DNA of 64,000 nucleotides from an uncultured Acidimicrobiia bacterium (GTDB lineage Bacteria > Actinomycetota > Acidimicrobiia > IMCC26256 > JAENVU01). The notes under the pieces are model-generated. The model was not told the DNA's origin, did no database searches, and was given only the letters and a program-made list of their open reading frames with translations. Each line of letters begins with the position of its first letter. Positions within the stretch are counted from its first letter, which is position 1. The stretch spans positions 70,336-134,335 of the forward strand of contig CAWIEA010000001.1 in NCBI GenBank assembly GCA_963835005.1, read 5' to 3'. The position numbers and the translations under genes are program-made. Positions 9,739 through 20,849 of this stretch are shown here, piece by piece.

Positions 9739-10984
9739 ATGCCGCCGCAGCCGCCGTCCGACGAATCTCCCGCCGACGCCCAGTTCCGCGCCGAGGCGAG
9801 GGCGTTCCTGCAGGCGAACGCGAAGCCCCGCGACCCGACCGCGCAGCTCGGCACGACGCTCGGCCGCACCGACACGAGCGAGGAAGCCGAAGCGGCGCAC
9901 ATCCGTGAGTGCCGCGAGTGGCAGTCGACCCTCGCCGCCCACGGCTGGGCCGGGATCACCTGGCCGAAGGAGTACGGCGGCCGGGGCGGGACCTCGGGCC
10001 AGGCCCGGATCTTCTCCCAGGAGGAGTCCGGCTACTTCGTGAGCGCGGGCGCGTTCGCCGTCGCGATCGGGATGGTCGGTCCGACGATCATCGCCCACGG
10101 CACCGAGGAGCAGAAGGAGTTCTTCCTCACCCGGATCCTGAACGGCGAGCACATCTGGTGCCAGCTGTTCTCCGAGCCCGGGGCCGGCTCCGACCTCGCC
10201 GGGCTCGCGACCCGCGCGGAGGTCGACGGCGACGAGTACGTCGTGAACGGGCAGAAGGTGTGGACGTCCGGCGCGCACTTCAGCGACTGGGGCATCCTCC
10301 TCGCCCGCACCGATTGGGACGCGCCGAAGCACCGCGGGATCAGCTACTTCCTCGTCGACATGCGCTCGCCCGGCATCGAGATCCGGCCGCTCCGCCAGAT
10401 CACGGGGTACGCGCACTTCAACGAGGTGTTCCTCACCGACGTCCGCATCCCGGCGAAGAACCTGCTCGGTCCGCTGAACGGTGGCTGGGGCGTCACGCAG
10501 ACCACGCTCGCGAACGAGCGGGCGATGATCGGCGGCGGGATGTCGGGCCTCACCTTCGAGGCCATCCGCAAGCTCGCGCAGGACTGCGGCCAGACCGACG
10601 ACCTCGTGATGCGCCAGGAGCTGGCGAAGAGCTACACCCGCTTCGAGATCTTGAAGTGGCTCGGGCAGCGCGGCGCGGGCCGCGGCGCGGACCGGGAAGT
10701 CGAACGGGTCCGAGGCGTCGGTGATGAAGCTCGCGATCAGCCAGCGCGTCGCCCGCGACGGTGACCTCACGCTCGCCCTCGAAGGCGCGGGCGGGATGCT
10801 GCACATGGCCGACGCCCCGGCGGCCGGCCTCTGGCAGCAGCTGTTCCTCAACCAGTGGTCGGTCCGCATCGGCGGCGGCACCGAGCAGATCCAGAAGAAC
10901 GTCCTCGGCGAACGCGTCCTCGGCCTCCCCGGCGAACCCCGCCCCGACAAGACCGCCCCCTTCAGGGACCTGCCGAGGAACTAG
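9739..10984 (+). CDS. acyl-CoA dehydrogenase family protein (frameshift near 10680)
   Basis: WCQLFSEPGAGSDLA, NGQKVWTSGA, IGGGTEQIQKNVLGERVLGLP. Confidence 0.92.
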
Positions 10985-11083
10985 CCAGGCCCGCCCCGCC
11001 GCGTCTGTTGCGAAATTGACGCATGACGCCAAGAACGTCACAGACGCAGGGAGGGTGGGTCCGACGACGGCCGTCCCGCGGGA

Positions 11084-12196
11084 CTACGGGGCGACGGACT
11101 CCCAGCCGGTGAAGCTGCTGGGGTCGTAGCGGCCGAAGCAGGCGTGCTCGAACATGCCCCAGCCCTCGGCGCCGTCGAGCGTCGCCCGGGCGACGTGGTC
11201 GATCATCCCGAACGGGGCGCGGCCGAGGACCGCGGGGTCGGTCATGTCGTAGACCTCGCCCTCGAGGAAGTCGCGGCCGCGCCAGTGCCCGTGGTTCCAC
11301 GACGGGTCGCCGCCGTAGCCGGGACCGGAGTTCAGCGCCGCGTACCCCAGGGTCTGCACCTCGAGCGTCAGCGGCTTGCCGCCGCGCTCGGTCAGCTGGA
11401 TCGTCGCCGACTCCGGGTGGCGCGAACCGCTGCGGTAGTGGATGTCGATCTCCGGCCAGCCGAGCTGCTCGGGTGAGCGGCCGGCCGACGCGGGCCACAC
11501 CCGCACCGCCTCGTTCATGAGCCGGTGCCCGTCGGGCTCCTCCTGCACGATGAGGACGATCGCGTAGTCGTCGAAGCGCAGCGGCACGTACATCCACCAG
11601 AAGCCCTCGATCGGCTCCTCGTCGGCCCGGCCACCCGGCTCCGCCTCGCCGACCGGCCGGATCCCCCAGGACCGGTCACGGGTCCCGAGCCAGGTGTCCG
11701 GCGACACGCTGATCTTCTCGCCCCGGCACTCGATCTCACCCGTCCACGTGCCCACCTGCGCGAACCGGCACGCGTCGAGGGTGATGCGGCCGTTGCGACG
11801 CCAGATGTGGCGCGGCTCCTCGACGGCCGGGAACGAGCCGTCCCAGGTGAGATCGAAGCCGAGCCCGTGGTCGGCCGCGTCGCAGATCACGCGGATCTTC
11901 TCCAGCGGCTCGATCACCTCGATCCGGTACGGGCCGACCCTCTGGTCGAGGCGGTCGGTGCCGAGCGCGTCCGACATCCGCACCGCGACCTGCTCGTCAC
12001 CCGTCCGCAGCGTCGCGTACGCGTCGATCACCCCGAGGTTGGGATACACGCCGAGCCCGGTGATGAGGAACAGGTTCCCGGTCCGGTCGTGCGCGTTGAG
12101 GTAGCAGCGGTCGTAGAAGTTGCGGTCACTCGTCGTCGGGTAGGCCATCGACAGCGGGGCCTGGTGCAGCGGGTACTCGTCGAGCGGGACGGGCAC
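11084..12196 (-). CDS. conserved actinobacterial hypothetical protein, probable AttH/tocopherol-cyclase-like beta fold
   Basis: DRNFYDRCY, GVYPNLGVIDAY, GTRDRSWGIRP motifs. Confidence 0.7.
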   Translation of the reverse strand: MPVPLDEYPLHQAPLSMAYPTTSDRNFYDRCYLNAHDRTGNLFLITGLGVYPNLGVIDAYATLRTGDEQVAVRMSDALGTDRLDQRVGPYRIEVIEPLEKIRVICDAADHGLGFDLTWDGSFPAVEEPRHIWRRNGRITLDACRFAQVGTWTGEIECRGEKISVSPDTWLGTRDRSWGIRPVGEAEPGGRADEEPIEGFWWMYVPLRFDDYAIVLIVQEEPDGHRLMNEAVRVWPASAGRSPEQLGWPEIDIHYRSGSRHPESATIQLTERGGKPLTLEVQTLGYAALNSGPGYGGDPSWNHGHWRGRDFLEGEVYDMTDPAVLGRAPFGMIDHVARATLDGAEGWGMFEHACFGRYDPSSFTGWESVAP

Positions 12197-12262
12197 GGTG
12201 ACGACCTCCTGGAACGCGGGCGGAGCGGGAACGACGGGCGGTGACGGGCCGGACGCCCGAAC

Positions 12263-12843
12263 CTACTGGCCGGGGACCGGCGGACGCTCCCGGGCGAGCA
12301 GGCCCGCGACCTCGTCCACGATCTCGTCGAGCGGGGCCGGCGCGTGCCCTCCGAGCGGCTCCACCCCGAGGAACGCCTCGGTCACTCCGTCCTCCGGCCC
12401 CAGCTCCAGGAAGATGAGCAGGGACGTCGCCTCACCCGGCGCCGCGGTGATGATCGTCTCGAGCACCGCGCTCTGCCGATCCATGTACGAGACGACACCG
12501 ATCATGTGCGCGACCTCGAGGAGCGCGCTGTAGGCGTCGTCCATCTCGGCCGCGAGCAGGACGCGGCGGCTGCCGTCGAGGACGTCGTCCCAGGTCGAGC
12601 TCGCGACCTTCGGGTGCGAACGACGGCCGGCGGCGCGTCGGGGACGTCGGGCCGCTCCGCGAGCAACGTCGAGTACACGCTCGTGATCTGCGCGGTGCGG
12701 ACGGTCTGCATGGCCACATCGGCCTCGTCCGCGGCGACGTCCGGGTGGTGCTCGCGGACGAGGCGGAGGTACGCGGCCCGGACCTCGGGCCACGGCGAGT
12801 CGGCGTCCACCCCCAGCACGTCGCGGGCCGCACTCACGTCCAC
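12263..12843 (-). CDS. J-domain protein with C-terminal globular domain (frameshift near 12615)
   Basis: ARDVLGV...EVRAAYLRLVREHHPD (HPD motif). Confidence 0.75.
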
Positions 12844-12902
12844 ACCGCCATCATGGCGCGCCGTCTCTTCGGGTCGCTCCGGCCCTCCGCCGCTTCGGGT
12901 CG

Positions 12903-12987
12903 TTCCGGGGCTCGCACGGCCGCAGGGCGGCCGTCCCGCTCGCGCCGTCACTCCGCCTCCGTGATCAGCTCCGGGAGCCTCCGCTCC
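12903..12987. repeat. dispersed ~85-bp intergenic repeat, copy 1
   Basis: Highly similar to 55755-55839; core gggcggccgtcccgctcgcgccgtcac. Confidence 0.85.
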
Positions 12988-13021
12988 TGTCCCCCTAGGC
13001 TCCGGGATCGGGGGTGCGCAC

Positions 13022-14419
13022 GTGACGGTGACCACGGACATCGCAGACCGGCTCGGCACGGTCGTCGAGCCTGCTCACGTCCTCGTCGGGGACGCCATCA
13101 GCGAGGACTACACCCACGACGAGGCGCTGACCGTCGCCGCCCGCCGGCCCGCCGCGGTCGTGCGCCCGGGAACGGCGGCCGAGGTGGCCGCGGTCCTCCG
13201 GATCGCGAACGAGATCGGGATCCCGGTGACGGCCCGGGGCTCGGCGACCGGCCTGTCCGGCGCCTGCGTGCCCCGCGAGGACGGGATCGTCGTCTCGTTC
13301 GAGCGGATGAACCGCATCCTCGAGATCGACACCGAGAACCACGTCGCGGTCGTCGAGCCCGGCGTGACGCTCGACCAGCTCGACGAGGTCACCGCGCAGC
13401 ACGACCTCGTGTACCCGGTGTTCCCCGGCGAGAACAGCGCGTCGATCGGCGGGAACGTCGCCACCAACGCCGGCGGCATGCGCGCGGTGAAGTACGGCGT
13501 CACCCGTCACCAGGTGCTCGGGCTCGAGGCCGTGCTCGCGACCGGGCGAGACGATCCGCACCGGCGGCAAGTTCGTGAAGGCGACCACGGGCTACGACCT
13601 CACCCAGCTCATCATCGGGTCCGAGGGCACGCTCGCGCTCGTGACCGAGGCGACGCTGAAGCTCTACCCGCGGCTGCGCCACCAGGCGACCGTGCTCGCG
13701 CCCTTCCCGTCGCTCGACCCGATCACGCACGCGATCCCGCGCATCGTCGACAGCGGCATCGGCCCGCTCATCCTCGAGTACATCGACATGATGACGATGT
13801 CCGCGGCGACTGCGTACGTCGGCCTCGACCTCGGCATCCCCGAGGAGATCCGCGAGCAGGCGCTCGCCTACCTCGTGGTGATGATGGAGAACCGCCACGA
13901 GGACCGGCTCGAGGAGGACGTCGCCCAGCTCGCCGAGCAGCTCGCCGAGCTCGGCGCGATGGACGTCTACGTCCTCCCCGCCACGGCGGCCGGCCAGCTC
14001 ATCGACGCACGTGAGAAGTCGTTCTGGGTGGCCAAGGCGAACAACGCGGACGACATCTTCGACATCGTGGTCCCGCGCGTCGATCCCCGAGTTCATGACG
14101 AAGGTCAGCGAGCTCGCGAGCGAGAACGCGGTCGTGGATCGCCGGCTGCGGGCACGCGGGCGACGGCAACGTGCACCTCTCGATCTTCCAGTCGGACCCC
14201 GAGGTGCGGGCGCACGTCAGCAAGGAGATGTTCCGGATCGGCATGGCGCTCGGTGGCGCCATCTCCGGCGAGCACGGCATCGGCGAGGCCAAGAAGCCGT
14301 ACTACCTCGCGCTCGAGGACCCGGTGAAGGTCGACCTCATGCGTCGCATCAAGACCGCGTTCGATCCGAACGGCATCCTCAACCCCGGCACCATCTTCGA
14401 CTCGGGAGACCCGGCATGA
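13022..14419 (+). CDS. FAD-binding oxidoreductase, GlcD/D-lactate dehydrogenase-like (frameshifted)
   Basis: ARGSATGLSG, SIGGNVATNAGG, GSEGTLA, HAGDGNVH, ISGEHGIG, DPNGILNPG. Confidence 0.92.
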
Positions 14420-15979
14420 ACGGCGCCCACGCCCTGATCCAGACGCTCGTCGACGCCGACGTCGAGGTCTGCTTCGCGAACCCGGGCACCTCCGAGATGC
14501 ACTTCGTCGCCGCGCTCGACGACGTCCCGGGGATGCGCGCGGTGCTCGGCCTCTTCGAGGGCGTCGTCACCGGCGCGGCCGACGGCTACGCACGCATGGC
14601 CGACAAGCCCGCGTGCACGCTGCTCCACCTCGGGCCCGGGCTCGGCAACGGCATCGCGAACCTGCACAACGCGCGTCGCGCGCACGTCCCGATCGTCAAC
14701 CTCGTCGGCGACCATGCGACCTACCACCACCAGTACGACGCGCCGCTCCAGTCCGACATCGACGCGCTGGCCCGGAACGTCTCCGGCTGGATCCGCAGCG
14801 CGCAGCGAGCCCGAAGACGTCGCGGGCGACGCGGCCGACGCCGTCGTCGCCGCTCGCCGCGCGCCCGGCCAGGTCGCGACGCTGATCCTGCCGGCCGACG
14901 TCTCCTGGGGCGAGGGCGCGGCGCCGCTCGCGCCCGAAGCCGATCCCGGCCCGCAACCGCGGTCGAGGACGAGACCGTCTCGACCGTGGCGAAGGCGATC
15001 CGCTCCGGCGAGCCGGTCGTGCTGCTCCTCGGCGGCTCCGCGACCCGCGAGGACGTCGCTCCGCGCCGCGAGCCGCATCAGCCAGGAGACCGGAGCCAAG
15101 CTCCTCGGCGAGGTGTTCCCCACTCGCCTGACCCGCGGCGCGGGCGTGCCCGCCCTCGAGCGCCTCGGCTACCTGGCCGAGTTCGCGGTCGCGCAGCTGC
15201 AGGGGACGCGCCACATCGTCCTGGTCGACGCGAAGGCCCCGGCGTCCTTCTTCGCCTACCCGGGCAAGCCCAGCTCGCTCGTGCCCGACGACTGCGAGGT
15301 CCACACCCTCGCGGGCGGCCCCGACGACGCGGTCGACGCGCTCGAACGGCTGGCCGAGGCGGTCGGCGCGGGCGACACCGAGCCCCTGCTCGCCGCCGCG
15401 TCCCGGCCCGACCGGCCGACCGGCCCGATCACCGGCGCGACTCGTCGCCGACGCGATCGGTGCACTCCTGCCCGAGGGCGCGATCGTCGCCGACGAGGCG
15501 CAGACCAGCGGCATCTGGGCGGCGGGCGCGACCGCCGGCGCGCCCGCGCCACGACTGGCTGACGCTGACCGGCGGTTCCATCGGCTTCGGCATGCCGCTC
15601 GCGACCGGCGCCGCGGTCGCGTGCCCGGACCGCCCGGTGATCAACCTCCAGGCCGACGGCAGCGCGATGTACACGCTCCAGTCGCTGTGGACCCAGGCCC
15701 GCGAGGGCCTCGACGTCACGACGATCATCTTCTCGAACCGCTCCTACGCGATCCTCAACCTCGAGCTGAGCCGGGTCGGCGTGGAGCAGCCGGGGCCGAG
15801 CGCGCTCGAGCATGCTCGACCTCACCCGCCCCGACCTCGACTTCGTGCACCTGGCGCAGGGCATGGGCGTCGACGCGGTCCGTCCTGCGGACAGTGAGGA
15901 GCTCACCGTCGCGATCGAGCGTGCGCTCGCCGAGCCCGGCCCGCACCTCATCGACGCCGTCCTCCCGTCCGGCTTCTGA
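14416..15979 (+). CDS. ThDP-dependent acetolactate synthase large subunit-like enzyme (frameshifted)
   Basis: CFANPGTSEMH, LFEGVVTGAADGY, ADGSAMY...SNRSY. Confidence 0.9.
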
Positions 15980-15982
15980 CCG

Positions 15983-16678
15983 ATGGCGGTCGAGCCCGGG
16001 GCGCATCCTCGCGTCTCGGACGCGACGGTGACATCTACGAGTACGGGACGGACCTGGTGTTGCGCCGCGCACATGATGGGCGCGTCATCGAGAACGAGGC
16101 ACGCGCCATCGCGCTACGCGGAGGAGCACGGGTATCCGGTGCCCCGCGTCCACGACGTCCTGGCGGGTGGTACCGAGATCGTGATGGAGCGGCTCGACGG
16201 CCCGATGATGATGGACGTGATGATCCGCAAGCCGTGGACGGTCCAGCACCACTCACAGGTCCTCGCCGACCTCCACGACCGGCTCCACGAGATCGAGGCG
16301 CCCGACTGGGTGACCCGGATCGAAGGCGAAGGCGACCGGTTCCTCCACCTCGACCTGCACCCGATGAACGTGATGCTGACGAGCCGCGGGCCGGTCGTCA
16401 TCGACTGGACGAACGCCGCGGCCGGCGACCCGCTCACGGACGTCGGCCTGACCTACGTGCTGATGACCTGCGCGACCGGTCCGATGCCCCGCCTCCTGAG
16501 CCTGCTGCTCGACCCGTTCCGCCGGTCGATGACGAACGCCTTCGCCCGCCGGTACGACGGGCCGGAGCTGGACGAGCACATCGCCCGGGCCGCCGAGCTG
16601 AAGATGTTCGATCCCCACATGTCCCCCGGCGAGGTGGAGGCGTGCCGGCGCCTCGCCGCCAGCCGACGCAGACCGTGA
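15983..16678 (+). CDS. aminoglycoside phosphotransferase-family kinase (5' frameshifts)
   Basis: HLDLHPMNV and VIDWTNA motifs. Confidence 0.85.
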   Translation: MAVEPGAHPRVSDATVTSTSTGRTWCCAAHMMGASSRTRHAPSRYAEEHGYPVPRVHDVLAGGTEIVMERLDGPMMMDVMIRKPWTVQHHSQVLADLHDRLHEIEAPDWVTRIEGEGDRFLHLDLHPMNVMLTSRGPVVIDWTNAAAGDPLTDVGLTYVLMTCATGPMPRLLSLLLDPFRRSMTNAFARRYDGPELDEHIARAAELKMFDPHMSPGEVEACRRLAASRRRP

Positions 16679-16746
16679 CCACCCCGCAGCGGGCAAAGCG
16701 GGCCGGGCGGCCCGCCCGACCTCCCGCGTGGCGGAAGAATGCCGCC

Positions 16747-17856
16747 GTGCTGAAGGTCCACTGGTTCCTCCCGACGGGAGGTGACGCACGCGACGTGCTG
16801 CCCACCTCGCCGGCGGCACACCCCCGGGCCCCCGACCTCGCGTACCTGGCCCAGGTCGCGCAGGCCTGCGACCGCCTCGGCTTCGACGCGGTCCTCACCC
16901 CGTGCGGCACCGGCTGCGAGGACGCGTGGCTCGCCACCGCGTCCCTCCTCCCCCTCACCCGCCGGCTCCGGTTCCTCGTCGCCTTCCGGCCCGCCCTGCT
17001 GACGCCGACGCTCGCGGCGCAGATGGCGTCGACCTACCAGCGCCTCTCCGGCGGCCGGCTGCTCGTCAACATCGTCACCGGCGCGGAGCCCGCGGAGCTC
17101 GCCCGCTTCGGGATCCACGACGACAAGGAGACCCGGTACGAGCAGACGGGCGAGTTCCTCCAGGTCATGCGGGGCGCGTGGAGTGGCGAGCCGTTCGACT
17201 TCGCGGGGAAGCACTACGCGGTCGAGGCTGCAACCACCCGCGAAGCCCCGGACCCGGTGCCCGAGATCTACTTCGGCGGTGCATCGCCGGCCGCGGAGCA
17301 GGTCGCGGCCGAGCACGTCGACGTCTACCTCGCCTGGGGCGAGCCCCCGGCGATGGTCGCCGAGCGGGTCGAGCGGATGCGGGGCCTCGCGAAGGAGGCC
17401 GGTCGCGAGCTGCGCTTCGGCATCCGCTTCCATGTGATCGCCCGGCCGACCGCGGAGGACGCGTGGGCGGAGGCCGACCGCCTGCTCGCGGGCATGGATC
17501 CGGACGCGATCGCGGCCGCGCAGCAGGACTTCGCGTCGACCCAGTCGGTCGGGCAGCGCCGGATGGCCGAGCTGCACGGCGGTGATCCGGAGCGGCTGAC
17601 GATCCACCCGAACGTCTGGGCCGGCATCGGCCTCGTCCGCGGCGGGGTCGGCACCGCGCTCGTCGGCTCGTTCGAAGAGGTCGCGGACCGCATCGAGGAG
17701 TACCAGGCCCTCGGCTTCGACGAGTTCATCCTGTCCGGCTATCCGCACCTCGAGGAGGCGTACTGGTTCGGCGAGGGCGTGATGCCCGTCCTGCGCGCCC
17801 GCGGCGTCCTGCCCGAGCTCGACACCGGCGCCGCGCCGGTCTTCTCGTTCCGGTAG
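16747..17856 (+). CDS. LLM-class flavin monooxygenase, SsuD-like
   Basis: HWFLPTGGD, CEDAW, FLVAFRP, YFGGAS, ILSGYPHLEEAY. Confidence 0.9.
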   Translation: MLKVHWFLPTGGDARDVLPTSPAAHPRAPDLAYLAQVAQACDRLGFDAVLTPCGTGCEDAWLATASLLPLTRRLRFLVAFRPALLTPTLAAQMASTYQRLSGGRLLVNIVTGAEPAELARFGIHDDKETRYEQTGEFLQVMRGAWSGEPFDFAGKHYAVEAATTREAPDPVPEIYFGGASPAAEQVAAEHVDVYLAWGEPPAMVAERVERMRGLAKEAGRELRFGIRFHVIARPTAEDAWAEADRLLAGMDPDAIAAAQQDFASTQSVGQRRMAELHGGDPERLTIHPNVWAGIGLVRGGVGTALVGSFEEVADRIEEYQALGFDEFILSGYPHLEEAYWFGEGVMPVLRARGVLPELDTGAAPVFSFR

Positions 17857-17864
17857 GCCGCACC

Positions 17865-18614
17865 GTGGGATCACGCATCGGGCTGCTGATGGTCGGCCAC
17901 GTCGACCCGAAGAGCGTCCACATCGCAGGCGACTACCCCGAGCTCTTCGCCGATCTCCTCGACGGCCAGGACGTGGAGCTCGTCCGGTACGACCTCGACG
18001 AGGGCCGGTTCCCCGCGAGCGTCGCCGAGTGCGACGGCTGGCTGTGCGGCCCGAGCCGCTCGTCGACCTACGACGAGCTCCCCTGGCGCGCCGACGCCGA
18101 GGACCTGTTGCGCGAGGTCCTCGCCACCGAGACGCCGTACGTCGGCATCTGCTTCGGTCACCAGCTGCTCGGGCAGGTCCTGGGCGCCACCGTCGCCCGG
18201 GCCGACGGCGGCTGGCAGGTCGGCGCACGCGACTACGAGATCGTCGACACCCCGGCGTGGATGGAGCCGGCAGCCGACCGCATCACGCTCATCGCCAGCC
18301 ACCAGGACCAGGTGACCGCGCTGCCCCCGGGCGCGGGCCTGCTCGCGCAGGGCACCGACGGCGGCTGCCCGATCGCGGGGTTCACCGTCGGCCCGCGCGC
18401 CTGGACCCTCCAACCGCACCCCGAGTTCGTCCCGTCGACCGCCGACCACCTGCTCGCCGGCCGGGTCGAGCTCATCGGCGCCGAGCGCGTGGCCGCCGCA
18501 CGCGCGTCGCTGACCGTCCCTCGACCGTCCCCTCGACCGCCGGCGGGTCGCGAGCTGGATCGCCCGCTTCTTCGCCGGCCCGTCCGCACCCTGACCGAGG
18601 AAGGCCACGAATGA
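17865..18614 (+). CDS. class I glutamine amidotransferase domain protein
   Basis: GICFGHQ and QPHPEF catalytic motifs; 3' end probably frameshifted. Confidence 0.88.
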   Translation: MGSRIGLLMVGHVDPKSVHIAGDYPELFADLLDGQDVELVRYDLDEGRFPASVAECDGWLCGPSRSSTYDELPWRADAEDLLREVLATETPYVGICFGHQLLGQVLGATVARADGGWQVGARDYEIVDTPAWMEPAADRITLIASHQDQVTALPPGAGLLAQGTDGGCPIAGFTVGPRAWTLQPHPEFVPSTADHLLAGRVELIGAERVAAARASLTVPRPSPRPPAGRELDRPLLRRPVRTLTEEGHE

Positions 18615-19438
18615 TCCGCCGAGTCCTGAAGAACCTGACCGTGCGTGAGCCGGACGACGCGCCGGACACGAGCCGCCGGCTCGAGACCGACGGCTGGGTG
18701 ATGCTGCGCGGCGTCCTCACGCCGGCCGAGGTCGGCGACCTCATCGCGGAGGTCGACGCGGTCTTCGACACGACGACCCCCGAGCGGTCCCGCACCGACA
18801 AGGACGAGTTCCGCTACGAGATGCTGAACCGCAGCGCGGCGTGCCAGGCGGTCGTCGGCCATCCCCGGATCCTCGAGGCGATCGAGCCGTTGATCGGCGA
18901 CGACTGCCACCTGATCGCCAACACCGCGTGGCGCAACCCGCCCGACTTCGGCGGCGGCCCGTGGCACTGCGACGCCGGGCCCCACGTGCCCCGGCCCGAG
19001 GGCGTGCCCTGGGACGATCGGATCCCGTACCCCGTCTTCGCCGTGGCGGCCCACATCATGCTGTGGGGCTGCACGGAAGCCGACGGCCCCACCGCGGTCG
19101 TGCCCGGGAGCCACCGTTCCGGCCGGCTGGCCCCGTTCGACCGCATGCAGGACCCGGACCTCACCTACGACGGCCGCCCGCCGGTCCACATGATCTGCGA
19201 GGCCGGTGACGTCTGCCTCTTCGTCTCGGACGCGTGGCACCGGGGGTCCCCGGCGCAGCCCGACGGTCGGGGCCGGTACTTCCTGCAGGCGCACTACGGC
19301 CGCCGCGACATCGCGCAGCGCCTCCGCACCACCGACGTTGCGAACCAGCTCTCGGACGACGCCATCGCCCGGGCCGGAACCGACGAGCGCGCCCGTGCGC
19401 TGGTCGGTTTGCACGATCCGTTCTTCTACGACGGCTGA
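18611..19438 (+). CDS. phytanoyl-CoA dioxygenase family Fe(II)/2OG oxygenase
   Basis: WHCD...VPGSH...WHRG facial triad. Confidence 0.88.
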   Translation: MIRRVLKNLTVREPDDAPDTSRRLETDGWVMLRGVLTPAEVGDLIAEVDAVFDTTTPERSRTDKDEFRYEMLNRSAACQAVVGHPRILEAIEPLIGDDCHLIANTAWRNPPDFGGGPWHCDAGPHVPRPEGVPWDDRIPYPVFAVAAHIMLWGCTEADGPTAVVPGSHRSGRLAPFDRMQDPDLTYDGRPPVHMICEAGDVCLFVSDAWHRGSPAQPDGRGRYFLQAHYGRRDIAQRLRTTDVANQLSDDAIARAGTDERARALVGLHDPFFYDG

Positions 19439-19531
19439 CGGTTCGCGCACCTTCGCCACCCTTCGTCCGGTTGGCGCGCAGCTTCGTCTCACGCTGCGCC
19501 ACGGAACGCGCGCACGACCTTGCACCGCGAC

Positions 19532-19565
19532 GCTGTCGCGCGCGAAGGGGATCGCGCGCGACAGC
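19532..19565. other. perfect 14-bp stem hairpin in a CG-alternating intergenic region
   Basis: gctgtcgcgcgcga-agggga-tcgcgcgcgacagc. Confidence 0.7.
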
Positions 19566-19822
19566 ACCGAGCTCACCCGCACGCGCGCGCTCGCAACCAT
19601 CGTCGACGCGCGCATCTCGCGTGCGCGCTGAACACACGGTGCGTTGCGCGCGGCGCGCGCTTCGTGCGCGCCGCGAAGAGCGAGTAGACAAATCTTCGCG
19701 GCAGCAACAACTTCCTCATTGCGTGTCATGGTCAACTGTGTTTGAGTGACCGCGCCGGTCTCCCCGGTACGGCGCGCAGCGTCGTTCACATTGGGCAGGA
19801 CTCCTTGGAGGTACGAACAGCA

Positions 19823-20746
19823 ATGCGACCTGGGCGGATCAAGCACAAGGCGCGCGCGCGTCATCGCCGCATCGCCATGACGGCGGCTGGTGTCAGCGCC
19901 CTCACGATGATGGGCGGCACGGCTGCGTACGCGACCGGTGGTGGCGGTTGGGACGGCGGACACCAGCACGACGGTGACGCGTCCCTCGACAACGGTGGCG
20001 ACGCGCATCTCAACGTCGACCAGTCCCAGTACTCGTTCACCGAGCAGCTCGCGCTGGCGAACACGGGTGCCAACAAGGCGCTCGGCGTCACGGGCAACCT
20101 GAACCTCGGTGAGCAGGACTGCGTGGCGGGCGTCGAAGGCGGCGACATCCACGGCGTCGATGACGACAACACCACCGGCAACGGTGGCGGTGACTGCACG
20201 AACGACGCGACGCAGTCGAACGACGGCACGGGTGAGGCGAACATCCACACCGGTGCCGCCACGGGCAAGAACGACTCGAAGACCACCGTCAACCAGAAGA
20301 ACGACGGCGACTCCTCGGTCAACAACTCGGCGAACGACAACACCATCAACGCCGACGACGGCAACGCGTCGCTCTCCAACGGTGGCAACGCCGGGCTCTG
20401 GGTCGGCCAGCACTCCGAGGTCCAGACCTCGCAGGGCGCGGAGGCCAACAGCGGGCACAACGTCGCCATCTCCGGCGTCATCGGCGTCAACGTGGGCAGC
20501 CAGAGCGGCTCCGGCGGGGTCACCGGCGGCAACATCGGCTGGGCCGGCGACGGCAACCAGGCCGGGAACTCGGGCGGCAACGCCTCGAACACGGCCCACC
20601 AGACGAACACAGGGAGCGCGACCGCGTCGATCACGACCGGAAGCGCGACCGCGTCGAACACGAGCGCCACGACCGTGACGCAGTCCAACACGGGCAGCGC
20701 CTCGTCGACGAACACGGCCAACGGCAACAACATCACCAGCGACTGA
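19823..20746 (+). CDS. secreted Gly/Asn/Thr-rich protein with two long internal repeats; putative fibre/amyloid subunit
   Basis: GGAGGT RBS; signal peptide ending AAYA; two units each with AN(T/S)GxN and IxTGxAT...TTVxQxN. Confidence 0.8.
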   Translation: MRPGRIKHKARARHRRIAMTAAGVSALTMMGGTAAYATGGGGWDGGHQHDGDASLDNGGDAHLNVDQSQYSFTEQLALANTGANKALGVTGNLNLGEQDCVAGVEGGDIHGVDDDNTTGNGGGDCTNDATQSNDGTGEANIHTGAATGKNDSKTTVNQKNDGDSSVNNSANDNTINADDGNASLSNGGNAGLWVGQHSEVQTSQGAEANSGHNVAISGVIGVNVGSQSGSGGVTGGNIGWAGDGNQAGNSGGNASNTAHQTNTGSATASITTGSATASNTSATTVTQSNTGSASSTNTANGNNITSD

Positions 20747-20761
20747 GACCACACGACGGTT

Positions 20762-20790
20762 CGGGGAGGGACGAGCAGCGTCCCTCCCCG
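20762..20790 (+). terminator. 12-bp stem hairpin between the two repeat-protein genes
   Basis: cggggagggacg-agcag-cgtccctccccg, 15 nt after the stop codon. Confidence 0.7.
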
Positions 20791-20849
20791 GATCGGCACT
20801 TCCCCAGTTCGTGCGGTTTGAGGGGCGGGAGACGTTGACCACCGCGGCA

